NCBI RefSeq assembly: GCF_018350175.1
Contig: NC_058368.1
Coordinates: 5,394,001 to 5,458,000, forward strand
Length of the DNA: 64,000 nucleotides
Reading direction: 5' to 3'
From: Felis catus
Taxonomy: Eukaryota
Shown here piece by piece: positions 13,581 through 26,906 of this stretch. Under the pieces are notes generated by a model. That model ran no database searches. It worked only from the letters and a program-made list of their open reading frames with translations, and was not told the origin of the DNA. Both the position numbers and the translations under genes were made by a program. Numbering within the stretch: position 1 is the first letter of the stretch; the number at the start of each line of letters is the position of its first letter.

Positions 13581-14049
13581 GCTGTCTCTTCTCCGGTTTC
13601 TCAGCGCAGATGTTAAGTGACAAACATCTTGCTCTCTTGTTTGACCCTTGGGGATGGTTACCTCTCCTACAGGACAGTACGATCTTGCTGTGGCTTATTA
13701 GTCGTGTTCCTGTAACTCTTCCATCATATTTATCCTCTGATTTGTCTGTCACTCTCACTAGTGCATCGTCGTCTTGAGGACAGGGTCCGGGATCAGCTCG
13801 GTATCCTCTCCCTGGGCACTTAGAGAATGCTCGCAGGGTAACTGTGTGGTATCATCGAGCATACGTGTTGGCTAAACACTGCCGTGGTCTCCAGTCCAGG
13901 CATAGTTTGACTCAACACACTTATTTTTTGGAAGACCTGGTCATATAATTCAACAGAATAGAGGTTTTAAAATTTTTTTAGAAATTAAGACCAGTTAAAA
14001 CGATAGAATGCAAGCTTAGGTGACGTCAAGTATAAAAGATGAAAAATAA

Positions 14050-16100
14050 TTTTTTTCTTGTGAAATTAAGGCTGCGGTAGGTTCAGTTTAACATCCATCA
14101 CCATACATAGTTACAAAAATACTTGTGATTAGAACTACTTTCTTAGCAACTTTCAAATAAACACTAAACACTAGTATTAATTACGGTAACTATCCTGTAC
14201 ATTACACCTCTATGACTTATTAATTTTGTAACTGGAAGTTTTTACCATTTGACCCATTTCACCCACCCCTGATTCCACACCTCTAGAAAGCACCAGTCTG
14301 TTCTCGGTATCTGTGATCTGGTATTTTTTTTAGTTTGTTTTTACATTCCACACATGAGATCGCCTAGTATGTCTCTGTGTGACTTATTTCACTTAGCAAA
14401 ATGCCCTCAAAGCCTCGAGGTCCATGCATGGTGTTGCAAATGGCGAGATCTCCTTTGTTATGGCTAAATAATATTTCATGGTATATGCGTGTGTGCATTT
14501 TGCACACGGCAATGAACTTGAGGATGCAGATACCTTTTCAAGATGGTGATTTCGTTTTCTTCAGATATCTATCTATCTATCTTTCTTTCTATCTACCTAT
14601 CTATCTATCCGTCCATCCCACCACTGGACTGCTGAGTCACGTGACAGTTCTGGTTTTAACTTGTTGAGGAATGTTAATACTGTTTTCCATGGTGGGTGCA
14701 CCAATTTAAATTCCCACCAACTGTGCACAAGTGTTCCTTTTTCTCCACATGCTCACTGATACTTGTTTTATTTTTTGATAACAGCCATTCTGACAGGTGG
14801 TAGGTGCCCAGGTGCCGCCTCACTTTGGTTTTGATTTGTATTTCCCTGATGATTAGTGATGTTGAACATCTTTGCATATAGCTGTTGTCTGTCCGGATGT
14901 TCTGTTTGGAAAAATGTCTCTTCAGCTCCTCTGCCTATTTTTTTAATTGGATTGTTTCCGCTTGTTTGTTTTGTTAGTGTTTTTGTTTTTGTCTTGTTTT
15001 GTTTTTGCTATTGAGTTTTACGCGTTCTTTATATCTCTTGGATATTAGTTCCTTATCATATGTGATTTGAAAATATTTTCTCCCGTTCAGTAGGTTGCCT
15101 TTTCACCTTGTTGATGGTTTTCTCTGCAGCAGCTTTTTGGCTTCACGCAGTCCCACTTGCTTATTTTTCATTTGTTGTCTTTGCTTTTGGTGTCAGATCC
15201 GGAAAAAATCACCACCAACATTGACATGGAAGGGCTTACCACTTATGTTTTCCTCTAGGAGTTTCATGGTTTCAGGTCTTTAATCCATTTTGAGTTCGTT
15301 TTCGTGTATGTTGTAAGAAAGTGGTCCAGTGTCATTCTTTTGCCTGTGGCTGCCCAGTCTTCTCAACACCATTTATTGAAGAGACTCTGTCCCCATTGTA
15401 TATTCTTAGCTCCTTTGTCATCTAATTGGCCATACGGGCGTGGGTTTATCTCTGGGCTCTCTGTTCCATTGCTCTAGGTGGCTGTTTTGGGGCCATACCA
15501 TACTGTTTTGATAACTAGCTTTTTAGTATAGTTTGAAGTCGGGGAGCTTTGTTGTTGGTTATCAATACTGCTTTGGCCTTTTGGGGTCTCTTGTCATTCC
15601 ATACGAATTTTAGGATTGTTCTATTTCTGTGAAACCTGACACGCCATTGCAATTTTCGCAGTGGTTGCGTTGAATGCGGACACTGCTTTGGGGAGTAGGG
15701 ACACTTCAACACTATTCTTCCAACCCGTGAGCAATGGAGTATCTTTCCCTGTATTTGTCTCTTCTTCAGTTCATTACTGTCTTGCAGTTTTCACGGTACA
15801 GGTATTTCTCCTCCTTAGTTAAATATTTTTCCTAAGTATTTTATTCTTTTTGATGTACTTGTAAAATGGGATTATCGTCTTAGTTTCTCTTTCTGATAAT
15901 TTATTAGTGTATAGAAACACCATAGGTGTTTGTATATTGATTTTTGCATCCTGAAAGTTTTCTGAAGGTTTTTTTTTTGTTTTTTTGTTTTTTTTTTTTG
16001 GTGGAGTCTTTAGGGTTCTGTCTATATGGTATCATGTCCTCTGCAGATAGTGACCCTTTTGCTTCTCTCTTTTTGATTTGGCTCTTTTTACTTTCTCTTG
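14050..16100 (-). mobile_element. Older LINE-1 (L1MA/L1_Carn-like) 3' fragment
   Basis: Antisense 3' UTR then ORF2 relics (ORF 14674-14877 [20 protein letters not shown] 15515-15712 ILKFVWNDKRPQKAK); contains (TATC)n at ~14567-14609. Confidence 0.9.
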
Positions 16101-17911
16101 CTAAATTATTTTCTTTAATCAGTCATTTGATCTTGTAGATGGTCTTCATAAATGCCTTTCTTCCAGCCTTCTTTCGGAATATTCTTTCATTTTGAAACAC
16201 TAGCTCAAAATATCTCCTTTTATCTGATATTTGAAGAGTTGCCAAATATTTTGCATTAGGGTACACGACCCATATAATATGTTGAAAACCATGTGGGTTG
16301 TGGAGAGACTGTTCGGGTGTGAATGAGATGGCATAAACCAGTAAGAGGGCCCATCCGAGTGTCCTCCTACGTGCTCACCTTTCCTCAACGGTCACCCACC
16401 CCCTCTCCGACCCATTGACTTTTTCCCTCTGCTTTCTCTCTCTGCTCAGGCCAGTGTGGCTTCCATTTTCCTGCATAAAACCCCTGACCTCCAGGGAATA
16501 AATGCTGGTTTAACACACAGCATAAATGGCCCTGTTTTCTATGACAACTTTAAACTAATACTTGTATTTTGATAATTGAGAGAGAACTTCAGATGTGGGG
16601 AGAACGGGGTAATATAATATTGCAGTTCCTATGGCAGCCGCAGTTTAACTTTATGGCAAAATCAATGACTTTAGAAATGGTGATGTATTTATAACACTGA
16701 AAGCTTTGTGTTGGCAATTCCTTTCAAAGAAAGCGATTCTCATTATTCTATCCTAGACGTGCCCACCACCCTCAGGCTGTTAAAGACACTTTGTTTTGTT
16801 TTGTTTTGTTTTTTCTTTAACCTTCCCCGAGCAGGGGACGGGGAGGGAAAACCAGGCGTAGGATTCTTTTGTGTTTGCTTCTAGTGTTTTATTTCTAAGT
16901 GAATTGAGACCATATGGTCCTATAAACCCAAAGCTAGGTGGTTCAGAGATTTAATTTTGTGGCCTTGAAATGTTTCTAGTTTTGCCCGCAATTAGTGGAA
17001 CATAATGTGTTCACAGAACAATTTATAACTCACACAGACCCACTGGCGAAAGAGCCCGCTCCAGGTACTGTGATGTATTCAAGAGAAGTGGGAGATCTCC
17101 ACAGAGATGACTAATCGGTGGAGACTAAACCCTCTCCCTTGTTCGCGTGACGACATGCGTCGGGTGTGACGCTTACTTCGCAGTGTCAGGTTTCCCCGCC
17201 TATATGCTCAGCCCTAATCGTCGCTTCCCGTGCATCCGTGTTCATACCCTCATGGATGAAGCTTGGCTTGAGGCTAACAGTTTTAAGTGACGGAGCTGTG
17301 GTTTGCTAAAGGCAGCTTTGGGCTGCTTATGTTCGCTTCTGAATAGAAAGAGCTTCCAAATATTTCCTGGAGGGAACGGTTCTACAGGAAATCTTGAGAC
17401 AGCTCTTATGTTGATACATGTAAAATATGCTTCTTAATAATACATGTTCGTGATAATCAGATAAATGGAGTGTTGACTGATAACTTGAGCAATGTGATTG
17501 GCTAATGAACAGGATGTTTATTCTCTATTAATACTCTGGACATACCAAAGGAAACTGCATCATCTGTTGAAAAAAAGGTCCTTGGAGTCCTATTTTTCAG
17601 CCTTCATTTTAATTTACAAGAGCAGGGATTGCTTCGGGGACCGACTTGGAGTAGTTTCTGGGGATTATGTCTGATTTAAAGACCGTTGGCTGTGCCAGGG
17701 GCTATAGGCTTCACCTGTGAAATGCCAGGGTGCCTCTCTTGTCAGAGCTTAATTACATTATTTGCATCTTGAATTGTCGAAGGTGGGTTGTCTGAGACTT
17801 TGAGAGAGATCTGCTTTTTAGTTTCTGACCAAGCAAGGGAATGATGGTTACATAAGACACAACCATACCTGTGCTTTTCGCATGGGGAAGAGGGGTCTTT
17901 GGAACTTAGGA

Positions 17912-18089
17912 TAGTGCCGTCCAGCAGGACATTCTGTGACGATGGAGTTGTTCCTTTGTGCCGTGTAAGAGGACAACCCCTGGTCACGTCTGGGTAGTGC
18001 AACTGAAGAACTAATTTTGTAATTAAATCAAAATGTAGGTGTAATAATGAGCCACATGTGGCTGATAGCTACCATTATTGCATAGTGTG
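17912..18089 (+). mobile_element. MER3 hAT-Charlie MITE
   Basis: agtgccgtccagcaggacattctgtgacgatgga...tagtgcaactgaagaactaatttt...gccacatgtggctgatagctacc. Confidence 0.8.
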
Positions 18090-18988
18090 GACACAATACT
18101 GAAGACTGAAGACTGTTCTACCTCAGTGGTTCAGAATAAATTGAGTGTACTTGGCTCTTCTCCAGGGTAAATTTATGTTTGTGGTCTTAAGTTGATTTGA
18201 GAAGAGGCTTATTATGCGTTTGGGGTCATCTAAACTTGATGCAGCATTATTTTTTGTCAACGGCTGGTTGATGATCATGTTGATCCTACAAGAAAATGCT
18301 TGCTGCTTATATGTGAAGAAGAATTTGGTGGGCTCCAGCTTCATTCACAAGGTCAAGAGGACAAATGCTATGCCTGCATTAGGCGTTATGCTTTCTCGGT
18401 TGATGCTCTTACCATATAGTGACCCGTGGGCATTGTTCGTGTGTTTAAAGGTATCTTAAAAATGCTGCCACCGTCAATGTAGGAGTCCTTCCTCTACTTC
18501 TTCAGCTTTGTGTATTATTCTCAAATCCCTTGGTTTTTGCCCTAAAACTCTTCTTCTTCACCCACCAAAAAAAACCTCCTTCGACCACAGCTGGGGTTTA
18601 CCTGGTTGGCTTGTGCAGCAGGCCACGAGTGAGATCATAGCGTAAGAGCAGCTCATTGGGGAGGGCGGGCGTTACAGGAAAGGTGGAATCCCGAGCTGCT
18701 TTGTGGGGGTGTCCTGGTGGGGAAGTATCTTTCCTTTAGCAGAGATTCAGAGGAAGGGTGGGAACCTGTGTCTTCTGTGACGGAGGGACTTCATTAGTTC
18801 TCCACCTCAGCTGGGAGGCTGCTCTTCTCTGTGGAAGACGTTGTGTTCTGCTCAGCCCTCCACGTGTTTGTTACTTTCCTGGTGAGGAGGCTCTAGAAGG
18901 CGCCCTCAGAGCCATACGACTTGCTTACTACTGGTGGTTTCGTTACGCTGCCAGGCCTGAGCGATAAGCTGTTTATAATTCAACGGTG

Positions 18989-19208
18989 TTTAAAAAAAAT
19001 TTTTTTTTCACGTTTATTTATTATCGAGAGAGAGAGACAGAGCATGAGCATGGGAGGGGCAGAGAGAGAGGGAGACACAGAATCCCAAGCAGGCTCCAGG
19101 CTCTGAGCCGTCAGCACAGAGCCCGACGCGGGGCTCGAACCCACAAACCGGAAATCATGACCTGAGCCGAAGTTGGACGCTCAACCGACTGAGCCACCCA
19201 GGAGCCCC
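18989..19208 (-). mobile_element. CAN-SINE (SINEC_Fc type)
   Basis: Complete antisense body ending gagccacccaggagcccc; flanking taattca repeated. Confidence 0.95.
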
Positions 19209-20670
19209 TGTAATTCAGCCTTCTAAGGGAAACCACAGAGTCATGGGAATATAGTGTCTACGAATGTTTCACTGACTTCCGAAGTCCTGAAGAAGAAGAT
19301 CCTGAAGCTTTGTTCAAGTCTCTACCTATTCCCATTAGCAAAGCAAAATGAGGTTAGATTTCTCTTGAGCCTGGTGATAGCCTCTCTGGTAACTTGCAGA
19401 GAATGATCTACATCTAGCCAGGTGTGCTGTCTTTTACAAAGGCAAGGTTTTGCTTCTTAAGTATACACAGCAAGTAAGTAATTACTGCTCTTTCAGAATG
19501 GCACGTAAAGAAATTTCTTCCTTCCTGTAGGACTCATTTTATATCCATATTCTCTGTTCATGAGTATGTTTTTAAGGGGATTCATCTTCCAGAATGATTT
19601 CTAAGAATCTAGGGGTGGAGAATATACATCATCAGCCTCAGAATATCTCATTTGAATTCCAGCCTTGCTTCCCCCCCCCCCCCCCCAAAAGAGAAAGAGA
19701 ATGCACCAGGGAGCATGCATAGTATCAACTCTTTGTCGTCTTAGAAGGCTTACATGGGGGCATCAAACTTAATTTCTTCCTATGCCCTTTCAACCACAGC
19801 AATAAAATAAGCATGGTAAGGGCAACGATGATGATGTTGTACCCCCCTTAGGCAGGCATGTCTGTGGTGCAAACACCTCGCAAATATTTTTTGTGTTGTT
19901 GACGGAAAAGCCACCCGACTATTGAAAGTGGGCAGGGGGAGAAATGAACTTTAATGCTGTATCTACAAATCTACTGGAAACTTCACCAGGAAAATGTAAG
20001 ACTCTAAAGCCGATTAACTCAGTCAAGCTTGACACACACGTGAGCCGTCTCTACTTTCCGTTGGTTGTTTCAGGAGACAGCATCTCAAAATGAGTTGTCA
20101 GAAGAGCCGTCAGCGTCTCTCCAGGGACTGTTACTACAATCAGGAACTGTGCTCCTGATGGAGTAGGCCTCAAATAAATGGGACCCATGAATATTAATGA
20201 TTTCTTAAAAGTCATACCTAGTAACTACATCACTAGCCCTTCAGAATGGGGCCATTATGCTCTATCTGTGCGAAGTGCTGTTAGAGTGAGCGTGTTCCTC
20301 GGGCCCAGAAAGCGACCGTTCGCAACTAAGCTTCTAACAAGTTCTGCTCCCATCCTAAAACTAAGCTACACAGAAATTCACAATGCCTTGAGTCCTAGTT
20401 AGTCTTAAGGCTTTTAAATGATGCCTGAAATGATCTCTCGCGATGCCCCTAGGAAGTTTGAACTGATGCAGTTTTCTTTTAAATGCCCCTGTGCCACATG
20501 GTGGCACTCGAAAGTAAGTCTATGTGTCTTTGTCCTGCCCTCCCTCCTGTGGAGGTGGGGGTGGTGGGTGGTTCATTGCCAGTGACAGATCTCTGCGAGA
20601 AGACCTGTACCAAGCACTTCTTGCGCTGGCCTTCTCCAAAGCGGTTCAAGTTTATTCAGAATTGCCATTT

Positions 20671-21635
20671 CCCCCCATAGGATATATATATTTTTAACAT
20701 GAAATTTATTGTCAAATTGGCTTCCGTACAACACCCGGTGCTCATCCCAACAGGTGCCCTCCTCAATACCCATCACCCACCCATCCCTCCCTCCCACCCC
20801 CCATCAACCCTCAGTTTGTTCTCAGTGTTTAAGAGTCTCTTATGCTTTGGCTCCCTCCCTCTCTTTTTTTTTTTCCCCTTCCCCTCCCTCGTGGTCTTCT
20901 GTTAAGTTTCTCAGGATCCACATAAGAGTGAAAACATATGGTATCGGTCTTTCTCTGGCTGACTTATTTCACTTAGCATAACACTCTCCAGTTCCATCCA
21001 CGTTGCTACAAAAGGCCGTATTTCATTCTTTCTCATTGCCAAGTAGTATTCCATTGTGCATATAAACCACGATTTCTTTATCCATTCATCAGTTGCTGGA
21101 CATTTAGGTTCTTTCCATAATTTGGCTATTGTTGAGAGTGCTGCTATAAACATTGGGGTACAAGTGCCCTGATGCATCAGCACTCCTGTGTCACTTGGGT
21201 AAATTCCTAGCAGTGCTATTGCTGGGTCATAGGGTAGGCCTATTTTTAATTTTTTGAGGAACCTCCACACTGTTTTCCAGAGTGGCTGCACCAGTTTGCA
21301 TTCCCACCAACCGTGCAAGAGGGTTCCCGTTTCTCCACATCCTCGCCAGCATCTGTAGTCTCCTGATTTGTTCATCTTAGCCACTCTGAGTGGCCTGAAG
21401 TGATATCTCAGTGTGGTTTTGATTCGTATTTCCCTGGTGAGGAGTAACGTTGAGCATCTTTTCATGTGCCTGTTGGCCATCCGGATGTCTTCTTTAGAGA
21501 AGTGGCTATTCCTGTCCTCTCCCCATTTCTTCACTGGATTATTTGTTTTTTGGGTGTGGAGTTTGGTGAGTTCTTTATAGATTTTGGATACTAGCCCTTT
21601 GTCCGATATGTCATTTGCAAATGTCTTTTCCCAGC
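20671..21635 (-). mobile_element. Young felid LINE-1 3' end (~965 bp, 5'-truncated) with an open ORF2 C-terminus
   Basis: ORF 20911-21717 gives uninterrupted L1 ORF2 C-terminal sequence from about 21635 ([22 protein letters not shown]...[18 protein letters not shown]...YHMFSLLCGS); 10-bp TSD attgccattt at 20661-20670 and 21636-21645. Confidence 0.97.
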
Positions 21636-22015
21636 ATTGCCATTTTAACTCTCTGGTCTCTGACCACAAATCGGCCTCCTGGAGGCTTAGGACCATGAAG
21701 GCTAACCTCCTTGACACTTACCATAGTGGTTAGCAATTGGTTTACAAGCCATAAAAGCCATTATCAGATCATTAGCGAGCACTTTTTTTTTTTTTTTGAA
21801 AGGCTTAAAGGTATCTCCTGAAATTGCTCTGAGGAATGTCCCTTCTAATTTAAAAGAAATACAGGAGCAAAACAAGGAAAAAAGTTAATTTTTTCCTTGC
21901 AGCGTGGGCAACTTGTGCTGTGTGCCAGGAACTTTGCTCTGTGCTGGGGCACAAAATCAGAACCTGCTCATGGACGGAGCTCAGTCTAAGGGAGGAGGAC
22001 CCACATATCATTTTA

Positions 22016-22191
22016 TTTTTTAATTTTTAATGTTACTAAATAAACGCGGGCACACCAGTGGGGCAGGGGCAGAGAGAGGGGGAGAGAGGAACCCACCCAG
22101 ATGTGTGATTTGAATTCATGAATCGCGAGATCATGACCTGAGCTGAAATCAAGAGTCGGACACCTAACCAACTAAGCCACCAGGCCCCCCG
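22016..22191 (-). mobile_element. CAN-SINE with an internal deletion
   Basis: Antisense SINEC body; imperfect 19-bp TSD ggacccacatatcatttta / ggacccacgtaccatttta. Confidence 0.92.
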
Positions 22192-24777
22192 GGACCCACG
22201 TACCATTTTAAAAGTGAAAACTCATAAACAGATCATGAGAGTGCCGTGGAAATAAAGGGGAAGGCAGGACAGGAACATGCTAAAATAGGGGACTGTTAAG
22301 CCTGACAAAATGAGTTGGAGAGGAAGCACGCGGGGGAAAATGAGGAATGAGAAACCATTCCGTAAAGGATATTGAGTAGTTTGGGGGATGTTTCGCTAGA
22401 TATTTCTACCGCAGGCTGTAAATATGTGTTCCGTGTGAAAGGGCAGTTGTGGCTAAGTGAGCCTGAGGGCGAAACAGCTCACATTCCCCTTCTGGAGACA
22501 CTCAGAGCACATCACTGTTTTTTAAAGTCTCTGAGATGTCCCCCCTGCCAAGAAACCAGCTTACGTTGATTTAATCCAGTGTTGCCTAAATGTAGTTGCG
22601 CATGGAATCCTTGTGCTGTTGCACAGAATGATTTCTGATCAGAGGCTCAGGAAGTGTTGCCTGCCGGTGGCGGACGAGGGGCTGCAAAACTTGGCCCAGG
22701 CGAGACGCTAGGGAGTATTCTAGGCCACGCTCCAATTTTGAATGTTTCCTTTGTGTAAAAACGTTACAGCGTCTTCACATCCCCTATCAGAGGCAGAATT
22801 GCTATAATTACTCTGAGGCTCTCTGCTTTGGAGAGACATAAAAGCAAGCGGCTGGCCCCTGAGTCAGCAGCATAAGCTATCTCGATACTGGGGCCACTGC
22901 TGTAAATGGAACTTCTGCACAATTCTTTAAGCAAGGAGAACTCTCCCTAGTGTCCTGTGGGGATTCAGCGAAGCTTCCTGTCCAGATTTGCATGCCCAGA
23001 GGCTGGATGAGGGCAGGGGAAATGATGGTGCCGGGATTACAGAATGATGGAGATCCAGTGCTGAGACCTCAAGGATTGGCGGGGAAGACGCAGGAAGAGC
23101 TGGGGAGTGGATTTGGAGGATAGAGAAGGAATATCTTGGAATTCGGAAAGCTATTCGTCTCGAGCAACGTAGTATCAAATTCTCTCGCTCAGATCAGGGC
23201 CTTTTAAAAAATTCCCTGCTGTGTCTCCCCCTAGAGGCTTGCCTGGCACAGAGTAGATGTCGAGAAATACGAGTCGACTGATTAAATTATGTTTTATAAT
23301 GTACAAAGCCCTTAGTTTTAATGACCGCCTGCAGTGCACGAGTAATGTCTTGTGCAAACCTCATGAGGTCCCATGGTGACTTATGCTGCCACATTTAAGG
23401 TTTGTTAATTGTTGCCTTTAGGTTATTTGCTACCTCGAATTTATCTCATGTTCTTGGTTTTCCTGAAGATGCCATCTTATTAGTTTTTAATTATAACACC
23501 AGGACACAAAGTAGACAACAGCAAGCTGTAAGATGTAAGCAGCCGTGAACCCCAGCACCCAAGACGGGGCTCCTGCTGAAGACGGCACCGTGTCCTCCTG
23601 TGTTCCTACCCCAGTCCTGAAGTTTGTGTTTTTAAAAGCCGGAGAATAACAGCTTTAGCCACGTTACATATGTCGTCTTCAACAACATCCCGTTTAGCTT
23701 TGCTCGTTTGTGAGCGTTGCGAAACGGGCCGTATGTGCTCTACTGGAGTTTGCTCGTGATCACTCAACGTTCTGCTGAAAAACGTGTAGTTCCTTTTCCC
23801 TGCTGAAAATGAAGATTGCGCTGTGGGATAATGTTTTCATCCTTTCTCCTGGGATGGACATTTGGGGTGCTCGCGATCTTCTGCTGTTTCGAACAGCGTT
23901 TTCCCAAACATCCTTGTATGTGGCCCTAGCCGTGTACAGGTTTCTCTGTGTTGACCCCCGAGTGGAATTCTGGGTAATCGTGTTTGAGCACATTCCACTT
24001 TCCGAGACGATGCCAACTGCTCTCCAGAGTGGCTGTGGCAACTTACGTGCTTTCCTGCGTTAGAGTTTCTGTTGCTTCTCCTCTCCAGCCCTCGGGATTT
24101 GTAAGAGGACTTCATTTTCGCCCGTCTGTCTTTGGCTTCCTCCCGTGTGCAGTGCTTGTTAATGTCTTTGGCTGGTTTTCCTATCGGATTGTTTCTAATT
24201 TTGTTCCTGGTATGTGTAGACGTTCTCTTATATATTTCGAGTGTTAAAATTTTATTAATTGGTGTGTGCGGCAAATATCTTCTCCCACCTTGTGGCTTGT
24301 CTTGCCCTCTCTCTGTGGTTTCTTTCGGTGGGGGAAAGTTTATAATTTTATGCAGTCAGATCAGTCGATGGTTTTCCCTCTGATGCTTGTTCTTTCTGTG
24401 TCCTAAGAAACTCCTTGAGATCATAAAGGTAGTTTCCTGTATAGTTTTATACATTATTTTTGGTGGTTTTCACACCTTAAGCATTAAATTGATTTTTGTG
24501 CAGGATGTGAAGACACAGTCTGATTTTATTCTGTGGACACGAGCGACTGCTTGTACCTTTTGTACAATTGTACACGTACCAGTAATTGAACGGTTATCCA
24601 GTCTTTCCCTGATGATCGTAAACACCAGCTCTTTGCAGTCACGTGCCCATATGGGTACATATGTTGCTGACATTTTTGTTCTCTTCGTTGACACTTGCCT
24701 CTTCTCTGTAAGTGCTCTGTTGGGTTTTGCATATAATTGCACTTAATCTATGGGTCATTTTCTGAAGAAATGACATA

Positions 24778-24868
24778 TTTTTTTTACATTTTTTTAAAAG
24801 TGGGTTTCACATCCAGTGTGGCACTTCAACTCATGACTCTGATGTCTCGAGTCATATGTTCTACCAAA
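24778..24868 (-). mobile_element. Short old tRNA-derived CAN-SINE relic
   Basis: T tail followed by gtgtggcacttcaactcatgactctgatgtctcgagtcatatgttctacc. Confidence 0.55.
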
Positions 24869-25187
24869 TAATCCATGACATCATCTATTTAGTATTTCCT
24901 TAATGTCTTTCAAGTGAATTTTTTAAAATTTCTCCTTAAAGGTCTCCCATATAGTTTTAGATTTATTTCTGGATACTTTGTGTTTCTGTGCTATGATAAC
25001 TTTTCAAGAATTTTATATATATATATATGATACACATATATACATATGTGTATGTATATGCATATATATATATATATGTATTGCTGGTATTTCTAAATGG
25101 AATTTATTTTAGCATTCTAGTTTGTAATTTAGGAACCCTACTAGACTCTAATATTACTTTTAATATGTAGATTCCTTTGGAATTTTA

Positions 25188-25430
25188 TTTTATTTTATTA
25201 TTTTTTTTATTAAAAAATTTTTTTTAACGTTTTTTTATTTATTTTTGAGACAGGGAGAGACAGAGCATGAACAGGGAAGGGTCAGAGAGAGGGATACGCA
25301 GAATCTGAGACAGGCTCCAGGCTCTGAGCTGTCAGCACAGAGCCCGACGCGGGGCTCGAACTCACGGACCGCGAGATCATGACCTGAGCCGAAGTTGGCC
25401 GCTTAACCAACTGAGCCACCCAGGCGCCCC
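25188..25430 (-). mobile_element. CAN-SINE (SINEC_Fc type), full length, CpG-rich (young)
   Basis: Complete body; perfect 16-bp TSD ttcctttggaatttta at 25172-25187 and 25431-25446. Confidence 0.97.
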
Positions 25431-26780
25431 TTCCTTTGGAATTTTAGAAGTAAATAATAATACAATCTTTGAATGATATTTGGGTACATCTTTCCAGTCC
25501 TGGTGGTTTATTTCCCTTTCTTGGCTTACCTTGTGGACAAGGGCCTTCTAGCACGTTGCTGAATAGAAGCAGTCAGGGGGCTACTTTAGGTTTTTTCTGA
25601 TCTGAATTCTCATGTCTCACTTTTAAGGATGATGCTTATTGTAGATTTTCTATGGATTCCCTCCCTCATGGTAACACGAATGGATACTGAATTGTATCAG
25701 ATAGTTTTTCTGTATTCATTGAGGTGATGTTATGATTTTTCTTATTTAATCTTTTGATATTTGAATTACCTTTTGCTGATTTTCCAATATTGAACCAATC
25801 TGGCATTTTCAGAAATACTCAGCTTGGTGATGGTGAATTACTTTTTTGTCTTCATTATTGACTTTTGTTTGTCAATATTTATTTAGAATTGTATGCCTAT
25901 ATTTGAGTATAACTTGTCTATAATTTTTGTTTTCCTAGGTTTTCCTTATTGAGTTGTGATACCAGAGTTCTGTCCCTCACAAGGGAATGTGTTCTCTGTT
26001 TCTCTCTGCTCTGACTTAGTTTGGATAAAGCTGGGATGATTTCTTACTAGAACTCACCTGGAAATTTCTTTGTGGAAAGATTTAAACTATTGAGTCAATT
26101 TCCTTAATCGTTAGAAGATTTATCAGGTTTCTTTCCCTTTGGAAGTCAGATAATTAGGCAATACTTTCTCCACCCCCTCCGGGTTTATTTATATCATTAA
26201 TTTTTCAACTTCATTGGCTTGAAATTGCTCAAAGCTATGATCCTCAGCTTTATGAAGGTAGCACTTCTCATTTCCATTCAATTTATTGCCCATTTATTTT
26301 AGATCTTGTTTATTAGAGAGCAGTATTACTAAAGAAAGGAGTTTGCTAGATTTTTCAAAGAACAAACTTTTGGCTTTCTTTGGTAGCCATTTTTGAGTTA
26401 AGTTGTACATGTTTTTCTCTGTTGTCAATTACGATACAAGTATGGTTCTTATCATTTCTAACAAGTTCTGTCTTCACGTATAGAAGATATTCATCATGTA
26501 GCTGACAACTTGGCTGTAAGTGATTTTCTCTGGTTATCTTTAATTTTTATTTCAGTCAGTCTTTTGTTTGTAATTTCTTTCATTGTTTTTAAACTTAGAA
26601 AATCGTCTTCTGTCTAGATAGTTAAAGATTTAAAAATTTCCTTTAACTTAATCGTACATCTAATAAAACTCTTTTGAATTTTAATCTGACCTATGATGTA
26701 AAATAAGACTGCAAACAATGACTCAAAATTCCAGCTTCCTGATCAAATCTGCTGAAGCTCTTTCTATAGAGAACTTCACC

Positions 26781-26906
26781 CAGTCCTCTTTTAGACGTAC
26801 TGAATCCTAAGTTTGGGGACGGGGTTGGGTGGTGAGATCCCAAAACGTTTGTCTCCTAAAAAGATCACAGGTAGTTCTTGATGTGCAACCAGATTTGGGG
26901 ACAACT
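26781..26906. mobile_element. MER5-family hAT MITE fragment
   Basis: agacgtactgaatc...caggtagttcttgatgtgcaaccagatttggggacaact resembles a MER5 arm. Confidence 0.6.

Noticed and set aside
20911..21717. 268-aa ORF, the longest in the track
   Set aside because: It is the L1 ORF2 C-terminus of a 5'-truncated insertion; the first ~27 residues are chance read-through from flanking DNA
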